This document shows positions 39,388 through 47,121 of a stretch of 64,000 nucleotides of DNA, one piece after another. The position numbers and the translations under genes were made by a program. The notes below the pieces were generated by a model. The model had not been told where the DNA came from, did no database searches, and saw only the letters and a list, made by a program, of their open reading frames with translations. Origin of the DNA: an uncultured Gemmatimonadota bacterium (GTDB taxonomy: Bacteria; GCA-2686955); the NCBI GenBank assembly GCA_964490075.1, contig CAZBBK010000015.1, positions 1 to 64,000 of the forward strand, read 5' to 3'. Each line of letters begins with the position of its first letter. Position 1 is the first letter of the stretch.

Positions 39388-39773
39388 TACGCCCTCTCTT
39401 CGATCTCGACCCGCGAGCCGCATACTCGCACCAGGTCGCCGCTCTCGATCTCTTCGATCTCGATCTGGTCGACGCAAGGGATCTCGGAGATGATCGCCCC
39501 CACCGCCACCACGGTCTCGCACTCCCGGTTGAGGATCGCCGCCGGGGCGACCCCGTTGCCGCGCAGCCGATAGAGAGTGTAAGAGCCCACCGTCGACCCC
39601 TTGCCGCGCGGAAACACCAGCACCTTGCCGGCGACACTTTGACCTTCCAGGGGATGGCCGGCCTCCAGCACCTGGCCGCTCTCCGGATCGACGCCACCGT
39701 AGAAACCGATCGGCTCGTGAGAGACCAGCGCTCGTCCCAGCGCCTCTCCTTCGTAGATCGTTCGCCCGCGCAC
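39387..39773 (-). CDS. Aconitase X swiveling small subunit (DUF126); putative phosphomevalonate dehydratase small subunit
   Basis: GRTIYEG...ALVS, GGVDPESG, HPLEGQSVAGKVLVFP.GKGSTVGSY, APAAI, VAVGAII. Confidence 0.9.
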   Translation of the reverse strand: MRGRTIYEGEALGRALVSHEPIGFYGGVDPESGQVLEAGHPLEGQSVAGKVLVFPRGKGSTVGSYTLYRLRGNGVAPAAILNRECETVVAVGAIISEIPCVDQIEIEEIESGDLVRVCGSRVEIEERA

Positions 39774-39776
39774 TGC

Positions 39777-40958
39777 CTACTCCTCCGTCGCCAGGCGGAT
39801 GCACTCCTCGAGCGATCGAAACACGCTCTTGAAGCGGTTCTTCGCTCGTCCGTAGTAGACGCCCTTCGCGGAGTTGGTGGCGAAGCTCTCGAAGCGCCCG
39901 GCCAGCGGTGCCACCACATGGCAAGTGTCGCAGGCGATCCGCGCCCCGGCAGCGCTCAGGATCGCGCTGATACCCGCGGCATCGGCCTCCTCCTTCACGC
40001 CTCGGGCGACCCCGAGCCAGAGCTCCTTCGTCACCGATGTGCCTTCCAGCAACTCGGCGATCCTGCGCAGCTCCTCCAGCGACAGATGCGGGCAGCCCAG
40101 GAACACGAAATCTATGCTCCGAGCATCCGCGTCGTCGAGGGAACGGGCCGCGGCTTCCAGCGCGGCGGGAGCGATGGCCAGTCGCCGCCCGGGGCGCGCG
40201 AATCGTTGCTCGGCGCGCTCCGCCAGGTGAAAGATCGGCGCCCCGCCGTAGGTCGGAAGCGCGGCCGAGAGCGCCTTCAGCAGATCCCAGCGCTCGGTCG
40301 TCACCCCCTCGATCAGAGGCACGGCGTCGCCGATCGATTCGCCGATGAGCTTGCCCAGCGCGCCAAACTCCGTCGCCCTGCGCGGCTCGCTTTCCACCTG
40401 TACCAGAACACCCGGCGCGCGCGGCGCATCGAGGTGCAATCCGTAGGCGGGCGTTCGGCCGGTCAGCGCCGCGGCGATGCTACTGGGGCCCCCTTCTTTG
40501 TTGGTGCGCGCGCCCAGCACCGAGTTGGCGAAGGTGACCGCGGAGCTCTCTCCCCACGCCAGGTGGGCTCCGCGCTCTGGCACGTTGCCGATCAGATAGG
40601 GCGTGCAGGAGCAGGTCGTTTCGACCCCCATCGACGCGAAGAGCGCGACCACCTCGGTCTGCTTCTCGGCAAAGCTCTCGGGAATGCCGAGCTTCCGCCA
40701 GTCCCGCATGTCCATCCCGGCGGGATTCAGCGTGGTCGGCACCCGCACCCGTGCGTCGGCGGCCAGCGAGCGCACGAACTCCAGCCCGGCCTCGCCCAGA
40801 TTGTCGTAGGAAACGCCGGAGATCTGCACCGTCTCGACCGGGATCAGGCGCTCGGCGCCGTAGATTCGGCCCAGCGCGCAGAGGATCTCCATGCTCTTGC
40901 GCAGCGCGGCACCCTGCGCGCCCTCCAGCATCTCCCGTTCTTCCGCCCTCAGCCTCAT
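39777..40958 (-). CDS. Aconitase X catalytic large subunit (DUF521); putative phosphomevalonate dehydratase large subunit
   Basis: QISGVSYDNLG, TTLNPAGMD, SCTPY, AWGESSAV.FANSVLGARTN.EGG, GCPH, DTC, TNSAK. Confidence 0.9.
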   Translation of the reverse strand: MRLRAEEREMLEGAQGAALRKSMEILCALGRIYGAERLIPVETVQISGVSYDNLGEAGLEFVRSLAADARVRVPTTLNPAGMDMRDWRKLGIPESFAEKQTEVVALFASMGVETTCSCTPYLIGNVPERGAHLAWGESSAVTFANSVLGARTNKEGGPSSIAAALTGRTPAYGLHLDAPRAPGVLVQVESEPRRATEFGALGKLIGESIGDAVPLIEGVTTERWDLLKALSAALPTYGGAPIFHLAERAEQRFARPGRRLAIAPAALEAAARSLDDADARSIDFVFLGCPHLSLEELRRIAELLEGTSVTKELWLGVARGVKEEADAAGISAILSAAGARIACDTCHVVAPLAGRFESFATNSAKGVYYGRAKNRFKSVFRSLEECIRLATEE

Positions 40959-40965
40959 CGTCGCC

Positions 40966-42273
40966 TCAGTCCACGAACCGGCCGAGATCGACCCGTGGGA
41001 ATGACACCTTTTCGAACCTGTTGCGCGCCGCGCCGCTGGCCGGAGCCGTGAAATCGAAGCCGACCTTGGCGGTGCGCTTGCTGCCGGGTTCGGCGGAGGG
41101 ATCGAGGCTCGATCCGGGCTCGGTCGCCACCAGGTGCGCATCGGAGCTGAACTGGAAGCGGGTCGCGAACGCCCACTCGACGCTCGCCGGGTCGAGAATG
41201 TCGATATCGTGGTCGACCACGAAACAGTGTTTCAAGCTGCGGTGACCGGCGAAGGCCGCGTCGATCGCCCGGCGCGCGTCGTCGCCACGCGCCTTGCGGA
41301 TCTTGACGATGGCGTGCAGCCACGAGCAGCCGCCGGGACTGATGCTGACGTCGAGACAGTCCACCCCGGCCTCGATGACCTGGCGATAGATGGTCGGCTC
41401 GCGCGGCATTCCCATCAAGAGCTTGTGCTCCATCCCGCCCGGCAGCAGCGCCTGCCAGATCGGAGCGCGGCGCTGGGTGATGCGCTGCACCGTCATGACC
41501 GGCTCGTCGCGAACCCGGTCCGGAGTCTCGGTAAGATCGACGAAGGGACCTTCCGGACAGCGGTCCTCCAGCGCCACCCTTCCCTCCAGTACCACTTCGC
41601 AGTCGGCGGGAATCCACAGCTCCGAGGTGGTGGCACGAACCACCTCCAGGGGCTCCAAAGTGTTCGCGATCTCGATTTCGTCGCTGCCAGGCGCGACGCT
41701 GGTAGCGGCGGCCAGCAGCACGCCCGGCGCGTTGCCGACGCAGATCGCGACGTCGATCTCTCGTCGGTCGCGCAGCAGTCGGTCGAAGTCTCTCCCGCGC
41801 ACGACACGCAACGCAAACCGCTCCTTGTCGAGCTGCATCGCGCGGTGGAAGTCGAGGTTCTGTCCGAGCTCGGGATGGTTGGCGACACAGACGCCCGAGG
41901 TGATATAGCGGCCGCCGTCGGTTTCGCAGTGCAAGAGAATCGGCAACCGATCCAGGTCGACGCCGTCGAGCACGACTTCCTGGCACGGCGCTCTATTCAC
42001 CCGAAGCGGCGCGCTCGGGTTGTCGATGGCGCGGGCCATCCAGCGCACGATGTCGACCACGTCGATGCCGAAGTGGGCGGCGATCCGCCGCTTCGACTGG
42101 AGCAGGTTGCCGACCATGCTGTAGTCGTAGCCGGACAGGTCGAGGAGCCGGACCGGGTCCTCCTCGAACGCCTTCAAAAGGCCCGCGACCTCCAGTTTCG
42201 GGCTGGCCGGCCGGCGGATGGTGCGCAGCTCGCCGGCGTCTTCGAGCTCTTCGAGAAACGACCTCAGCGACAC
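40966..42273 (-). CDS. UbiD-family prFMN-dependent decarboxylase; putative anhydromevalonate phosphate decarboxylase
   Basis: LPILLH...DGGRYITSG, FHR, EVVLEG, EGPFVDLT, EHKLLMGMPREP, GGCSWLHA, VVDHDIDI, WAFATRFQ, SSLDPS, KVGFDFT. Confidence 0.9.
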   Translation of the reverse strand: MSLRSFLEELEDAGELRTIRRPASPKLEVAGLLKAFEEDPVRLLDLSGYDYSMVGNLLQSKRRIAAHFGIDVVDIVRWMARAIDNPSAPLRVNRAPCQEVVLDGVDLDRLPILLHCETDGGRYITSGVCVANHPELGQNLDFHRAMQLDKERFALRVVRGRDFDRLLRDRREIDVAICVGNAPGVLLAAATSVAPGSDEIEIANTLEPLEVVRATTSELWIPADCEVVLEGRVALEDRCPEGPFVDLTETPDRVRDEPVMTVQRITQRRAPIWQALLPGGMEHKLLMGMPREPTIYRQVIEAGVDCLDVSISPGGCSWLHAIVKIRKARGDDARRAIDAAFAGHRSLKHCFVVDHDIDILDPASVEWAFATRFQFSSDAHLVATEPGSSLDPSAEPGSKRTAKVGFDFTAPASGAARNRFEKVSFPRVDLGRFVD

Positions 42274-42282
42274 GTTTTGTCC

Positions 42283-42861
42283 TTACTCGCCCCAGCGGCG
42301 CATCTGCGAGTTGTCGATGCCCAGGAGATCGAGCACCTTGCAGATCATGAAGTCGTTCAGATCGGCGATGCTCTCGGGACGATGATAGAAGCCGGGGCTC
42401 AAAGGGGCGACGATGCCGCCGGCGCTGCTGATGGCGCGCAGGTTGTCCAGGCAGGGCAGGCTCAAGGGGGTTTCGCGAATGCAGACCACCAACTTGCGCC
42501 GGGTCTTGAGCATGTTGTCGGCGGCGCGCGCGATCAGGGTTCCCGCCACGCCGTTGGCGATTTCGGCAACGGTCTTGACCGAGGCGGGAATGACCACCAT
42601 GCCATCGACCAGAAAGCTGGAGCTCGATACACACGCGCCCAGATCGCCGTTGTCATGGCGAAAGTCGGCGTGGCGCGCCAGCTCTTCGGGGTCGAGATCG
42701 GTTTCGGCGCGCAGCACGCGTCCGGCCCAAGGGCTGGCGATCAGGTGGGTCTCCACATCGCAAGCCGCGAGCGCGCGCAGCAGCTCGACGCCGTAGTGCA
42801 CGCCCGATGCGCCGCACAGGCCGACCACGATGCGCCGCCGTCGCGTCTTGGAGGTTGACAT
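42283..42861 (-). CDS. ubiX: Flavin prenyltransferase
   Basis: VGLCGASG, SSSF, PASVKT, LIARAAD..LK.RR.LV..RETPL, PGFYHRP. Confidence 0.93.
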   Translation of the reverse strand: MSTSKTRRRRIVVGLCGASGVHYGVELLRALAACDVETHLIASPWAGRVLRAETDLDPEELARHADFRHDNGDLGACVSSSSFLVDGMVVIPASVKTVAEIANGVAGTLIARAADNMLKTRRKLVVCIRETPLSLPCLDNLRAISSAGGIVAPLSPGFYHRPESIADLNDFMICKVLDLLGIDNSQMRRWGE

Positions 42862-43143
42862 GGAGGGGATCCTGGTGATTCGAAGTGCCGGGGTATGGGG
42901 TGCGCTCCAGGAGTGCCAGTCTTCAGACTAGCGCAGGCACGCCGATGCCGCACGCTCGGCGCCCTGTCCGAATTGTGGGGCGGGCGCCGGCGAGCGTCCA
43001 GATCCCCGCGCCCCCCCGCTGGTGGCCGGACCGATTCCCGACTACTCTGCCGGGGGAGCTCCGGTCGTCTTGCCGGCGCCGCTCCCGGTGCGAGGCTGAC
43101 CCGCGCGGCTCGAGATCTGACCCGCGAACCACCAGGAAATCAG

Positions 43144-43554
43144 TTGGAAAACACGGCGTGCGTGGCGGTCGAAGAGCAGGGGCGCTGGCTCCTGGTGCGG
43201 CGCGGCAATCCGCCCTATCGCGGCTGGTGGTGCTTTCCCGGCGGGCACGCAGAGGAGGACGAGAGCGGCGCCCAGACGGCTGCCCGTGAGGCGCGCGAGG
43301 AGGTGGGCGGCGTGGCGCTCGCGGGCGCCGAGCCGATTCTCGTGTTCGAGCACGAGTGGCCGGCCGACAGCCGCACTCCGGCGCCGCACCGGCATCGCTG
43401 CCAGGCCTTTCGCGGGCGGGTGGACGGCGGAATCGTGGCCGGCGACGACGCCGCCGAGGCGCGCTGGTTCGAGGCGTGCGAGCTGAGTGCCCTCGACCTG
43501 ACGAGCTACACGCGCACCGTTGCCGAGCACCTGGGTCTGGTGCCGGGTTTGTGA
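43144..43554 (+). CDS. Nudix hydrolase (start uncertain)
   Basis: Complete Nudix box G-HAEED-E-SGAQTAA-RE-AR-EE-VG; LLVRRGNPPYRGWWCFPGG; AGDDAAEARWF; TTG 43144 follows AGGA. Confidence 0.85.
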   Translation: MENTACVAVEEQGRWLLVRRGNPPYRGWWCFPGGHAEEDESGAQTAAREAREEVGGVALAGAEPILVFEHEWPADSRTPAPHRHRCQAFRGRVDGGIVAGDDAAEARWFEACELSALDLTSYTRTVAEHLGLVPGL

Positions 43555-44087
43555 GCCCGACCGCCGCGCTGCCCACGAGGATGATCGATCGCCTCGCCGC
43601 CCTGTGGGGGCTCGGCGGCATCGCGCTGCTGCTGGGCAACGCGATCCATCGACTGTCGATCGTCGTCGTCGATGCGGCCTCCTACGATCTCGATGGGCGC
43701 CACTGGCTGGTCTGCGCCGCCCTCACCGCCTTCATGGCGCATGTGAAGGGCTACCTGGTCTTCCAGAAGCGGCTCGCGCCCCGGGTCGCGGCGCGGGCAC
43801 GGGCCCTGGGCGAGATTCGACGCCCGCTCGCCGCCTTCCTGGCGCCTCTCTACTGCATGGGCTACTTCCACACCACCGCGCGGCGCCAGCGCACGACGAT
43901 CGCCATGACCTGCGGCGTCGTGCTGCTGATCGTGCTGGTGCGCTCCCTCGCGCAGCCCTGGCGCGGCATCGTCGACCTGGGCGTGGTCGTGGCCCTCGGC
44001 TGGGGCCTGGTCGCGATCCTCTATCAAGGCATGAAGGCGTTGATGGCCAAGGACTTTCCCCATTCCCCAGAGCTCCCCACGCAGTAG
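43551..44087 (+). CDS. Conserved-looking membrane protein, about 4 TM helices
   Basis: GTGA overlap with Nudix stop; hydrophobic segments; KGY..FQKRLAPRVAARA, LAPLYCMGYFH, QPWRGIVDLGVV. Confidence 0.7.
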   Translation: MSPTAALPTRMIDRLAALWGLGGIALLLGNAIHRLSIVVVDAASYDLDGRHWLVCAALTAFMAHVKGYLVFQKRLAPRVAARARALGEIRRPLAAFLAPLYCMGYFHTTARRQRTTIAMTCGVVLLIVLVRSLAQPWRGIVDLGVVVALGWGLVAILYQGMKALMAKDFPHSPELPTQ

Positions 44088-44198
44088 CGCGCTACGCCTG
44101 CCGGCGCGGTCCGCAAAACGCAGTTACCCTTCTCCTGTCCCGTGACAAGGGTTCGTGAGCCGCCCCTTCGAAAGCCGGCCGCCTGCACTGGAGCCCCG

Positions 44199-46346
44199 AT
44201 GAGATCTCTCGCTCTGTTCCTCTTCACGCTGCCCCTGGCCGCAGCCACGGCCTGGGCCGAAGGGGACTACCACTACACATCCGGATTCAACGGCAAGCAG
44301 TTCACGATGGCCGAGGTGCCCGGCAAGATCCAGGTCTCGCTGCGCTCGGGGGTGGACGCCCAAGAGCTGAAATCGACCTTGCACGCGCTCGGAGTCCGTA
44401 TCGAGCGGGAGGCGAGCTGGGTCGCTCCTTACCTGCTGCTAGACGCCGGCGACCGGCCCGCGACCACTCTGCAGCACGTCGCGGCTCTGCCCGGAGTGGC
44501 GAAGGCGATGCCCCTGCTGCGCGACCAGGAGGGGTTCCTGAAGACCTTCGCCCCGAGCCAGCTCAGCGCGCAGTTCAAGAAGGGCGTGTCGAAGGCCCGG
44601 CAGCTCGCGGTGATCGAGGAGCTCGGGGCCTCGGTGGCGCGCGAGCAGCGCACCCCCGGCTACTACACCCTCTCGGCGCCGGCCGATCGCAGCCTCTTCC
44701 AGGCCATTCGCGACTTCAACGCCCACGAGGAAGTGTGGTTCGCCGAGCTGAGCGCATTCAGCTTCGAGGATCGGCTCTTCGTGCCCAACGACACCCGCTA
44801 CGACGAGCAGTGGCCGCTGCACAACGTCGGGCAGTCGGGCGGCACCCCGGGGGCCGACATCCACGCCGAAGAGGCCTGGGACCTGGAGCAGGGCGACGGC
44901 GACGTGATCGTCTCGGTGATCGACACCGGGATCGACTGGGATCACCCCGATCTGGCCTCGAAGGTGGTGCCGATCGGCTCCGAGGACTGGGACTTCTCGA
45001 ACGGTCCCAACAAGATCCCGCACGATTCGGGCAGCCACGGCACCGCCACCAACGGCATCGCCGGAGCGGCGACCAGCAACTCGACCGGCATGGCCGGCGT
45101 GGCGCCAAACTGCGGCCTGATGCCGCTCAAGGTCGACCTCACCAGCGGCGCCAACCAGAACCGCGCCGACGCCATCAACTACGTGGTCACGCGCAAGAAC
45201 GACTTCACCCAGATCGTGATCTCCTGCTCCTGGCGCATGTCGAGCGGCGACTTCACGGGGGTCGAGGCGGCCTGTCAGAACGCCCGCGACAACGGCATCC
45301 TGCTCTGCTTCTCCAGCGGCAACGACAACGGAGCCGTCAACTACCCGGCGAAGTACAGCACCACCATCTGCGTCGGCGCCACCAGCCAGTGCGACGAGCG
45401 CAAGAACCCCAGCTCCTGCGACAGCGAGTACTGGTGGGGATCGAACTACGGCAACGAGATGGACATCGCCGCCCCGGGCGTCGACGTGCTCACCACCTAC
45501 CCGGGTGGAGGCTATACCACCGGCTTCAACGGAACCTCGGCCGCCTGCCCACACGCCGCCGGCGCACTGGCGCTGATCTGGTCGGCCGGTCCTTCGCTCA
45601 GCGCCACCGAGGCGCAGGCGGTCCTGGAGTCGACCGCCGACGACGAGGTCGGCATCCCCGGCGAGGACACCCCGGGCTGGGACCGCTACATGGGCTGGGG
45701 ACGCATCAACCTGTACGAAGCGGTGCTGGCCGCCGGGATCGGAGGCCCCTGTGATCTCACGGTCGCTTTGAGCAACTACCCCAGCGAGGCGGAGCCCGGC
45801 ACCTCCCTGACCTTCGACGCCGCCGCCGACAACGACTGCGACGAGACTCTTGCCTTCGACCAAGCTCTCATGGTGATCGACGGACCGGCCAGCCTCACCA
45901 AGACGCTCTACGCCGGACCCGACATCCCGGTCGCGGCTGGCAGCTCGATCGGCACCACCGTTGCGTTGGACGTGCCCCTCGGTGCTCCGACCGGAACCTA
46001 CACGGTCACGGTCGAGCTCTATCTCGACGGCGCCTTCATCGACGACGCCTCGTTCCAGACCGTGGTCTCCGAGCCCGGTTCCTGCCCCGACCTGACCGGA
46101 ACCTGGGACGTGACCTACATCTGGTCGGGCGTGGTGACCAAGTGGTTCTATGCCGACGGCACCTGGGACGACTCGGAAGGCTACGACGGCACCTGGATCC
46201 AGGACCGCTGCGAGGTCGACTGGTGGTACACCAGCGGCACGCATTACTGGGGGACCATGGAGGAGGACGGCCAGACGATGGCCGGCGAAATGCTGAGCTA
46301 CCTCGGCAGACCCGGCACCTGGACCGGGCTGCGACTGGCCGACTGA
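44199..46346 (+). CDS. Secreted S8 (subtilisin-like) serine peptidase with Ig-like module and terminal small beta-barrel domain
   Basis: Signal peptide; VIDTGID (Asp), SHGT (His), SGND, FNGTSAACP (Ser); GWGRIN; C-terminal LTGTW...GTWTG domain. Confidence 0.93.
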   Translation: MRSLALFLFTLPLAAATAWAEGDYHYTSGFNGKQFTMAEVPGKIQVSLRSGVDAQELKSTLHALGVRIEREASWVAPYLLLDAGDRPATTLQHVAALPGVAKAMPLLRDQEGFLKTFAPSQLSAQFKKGVSKARQLAVIEELGASVAREQRTPGYYTLSAPADRSLFQAIRDFNAHEEVWFAELSAFSFEDRLFVPNDTRYDEQWPLHNVGQSGGTPGADIHAEEAWDLEQGDGDVIVSVIDTGIDWDHPDLASKVVPIGSEDWDFSNGPNKIPHDSGSHGTATNGIAGAATSNSTGMAGVAPNCGLMPLKVDLTSGANQNRADAINYVVTRKNDFTQIVISCSWRMSSGDFTGVEAACQNARDNGILLCFSSGNDNGAVNYPAKYSTTICVGATSQCDERKNPSSCDSEYWWGSNYGNEMDIAAPGVDVLTTYPGGGYTTGFNGTSAACPHAAGALALIWSAGPSLSATEAQAVLESTADDEVGIPGEDTPGWDRYMGWGRINLYEAVLAAGIGGPCDLTVALSNYPSEAEPGTSLTFDAAADNDCDETLAFDQALMVIDGPASLTKTLYAGPDIPVAAGSSIGTTVALDVPLGAPTGTYTVTVELYLDGAFIDDASFQTVVSEPGSCPDLTGTWDVTYIWSGVVTKWFYADGTWDDSEGYDGTWIQDRCEVDWWYTSGTHYWGTMEEDGQTMAGEMLSYLGRPGTWTGLRLAD

Positions 46347-46374
46347 TCACCGGCCAGCGATCCCGAAGGAGCCC

Positions 46375-46413
46375 GGGCTCCCCGACCGAGAGGCGGTCGC
46401 GTACGGGGAGCCC
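46375..46413 (+). terminator. Hairpin downstream of the S8 gene (probable terminator)
   Basis: gggctcccc...ggggagccc stem enclosing gaccg-agagg-cggtc, about 30 nt after the stop. Confidence 0.5.
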
Positions 46414-46567
46414 TGTCGGATCGTTCCCAGTCGACTGGGAAGAAACGCCCAATCGATCGCGCATCCGCCATCTCGCTCCAGGATCAAGTTTATAATACAA
46501 CCCTGCCCTGCCAGAGCGGCGCGCGCCATTCCCGCCCGTCCGGTGTTTCGCGTCGTGATGGAAGCGA

Positions 46568-46584
46568 AGGCACGCGCCTTGCAT
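46568..46584 (+). promoter_or_regulatory. Sigma-54 (-24/-12) promoter
   Basis: AGGCACGCGCCTTGCAT, near-consensus TGGCACG-N4-TTGCW, 43 nt before ATG 46628 with GGAGGAG RBS. Confidence 0.8.
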
Positions 46585-46627
46585 AGCAAACGGGCGTCCA
46601 CCGTCTCCTACTCCCCCCCGGAGGAGC

Positions 46628-47089
46628 ATGCGCCTCGAGAAGAACTGGATCATCGCGGGCACGACCGCGTGTCACATCTGGATCGGCGGCATCGCGCTGG
46701 CGGCGTCGCCCACGGTCACCGGCGATCAGTCCGGCGCCCCGCAGGTCACGACCCGCCCGGCGATGCGCACCCGCGCGATGATCAGTCCGGTCTACGCCGA
46801 GACCTCGGGCACCGTGCTGTGCAGTGATGGCGACGGCTCGATCATGCTCTTCGCCAAGCATCTGCCTCCCGTATCGCGGCGCCGGGCCTACTTCGGTTGG
46901 ATCGTAGGCGCGGAAGGGAAGATCGAGGCGCTCGGCCGTCTGACCCTTCGCAAGGGGGGCAGGGGCTTTGTCTCCAAGAGCAAGGGCATGCCCAGGGGAG
47001 CGGCACGGGTGTTCGTCACCGAGCAGCGGAATCTGCCCGAAGTCGGCTTCCCCGGCTCCAAGGTGGTGCTCGAAGCCGCCCTGGATTGA
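46628..47089 (+). CDS. Exported protein resembling the C-terminal domain of anti-sigma-K factor RskA
   Basis: Signal-like N-terminus; HLPPVS...AYFGWIV...ALGRL...VFVTEQ...PG..VVLEA pattern like RskA C-terminal domains. Confidence 0.6.
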   Translation: MRLEKNWIIAGTTACHIWIGGIALAASPTVTGDQSGAPQVTTRPAMRTRAMISPVYAETSGTVLCSDGDGSIMLFAKHLPPVSRRRAYFGWIVGAEGKIEALGRLTLRKGGRGFVSKSKGMPRGAARVFVTEQRNLPEVGFPGSKVVLEAALD

Positions 47090-47121
47090 CCTGATCGCTC
47101 TCAGCGTCTAAGGGTCGTCTC

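Noticed and set aside
39387-42861. ubiD/ubiX as ubiquinone or aromatic-acid decarboxylase genes and AcnX as hydroxyproline dehydratase
   Set aside because: Coupling to IPK and a two-subunit archaeal-like AcnX fits the mevalonate route better; no proline racemase or other ubi genes in the operon. Disfavoured, not excluded.
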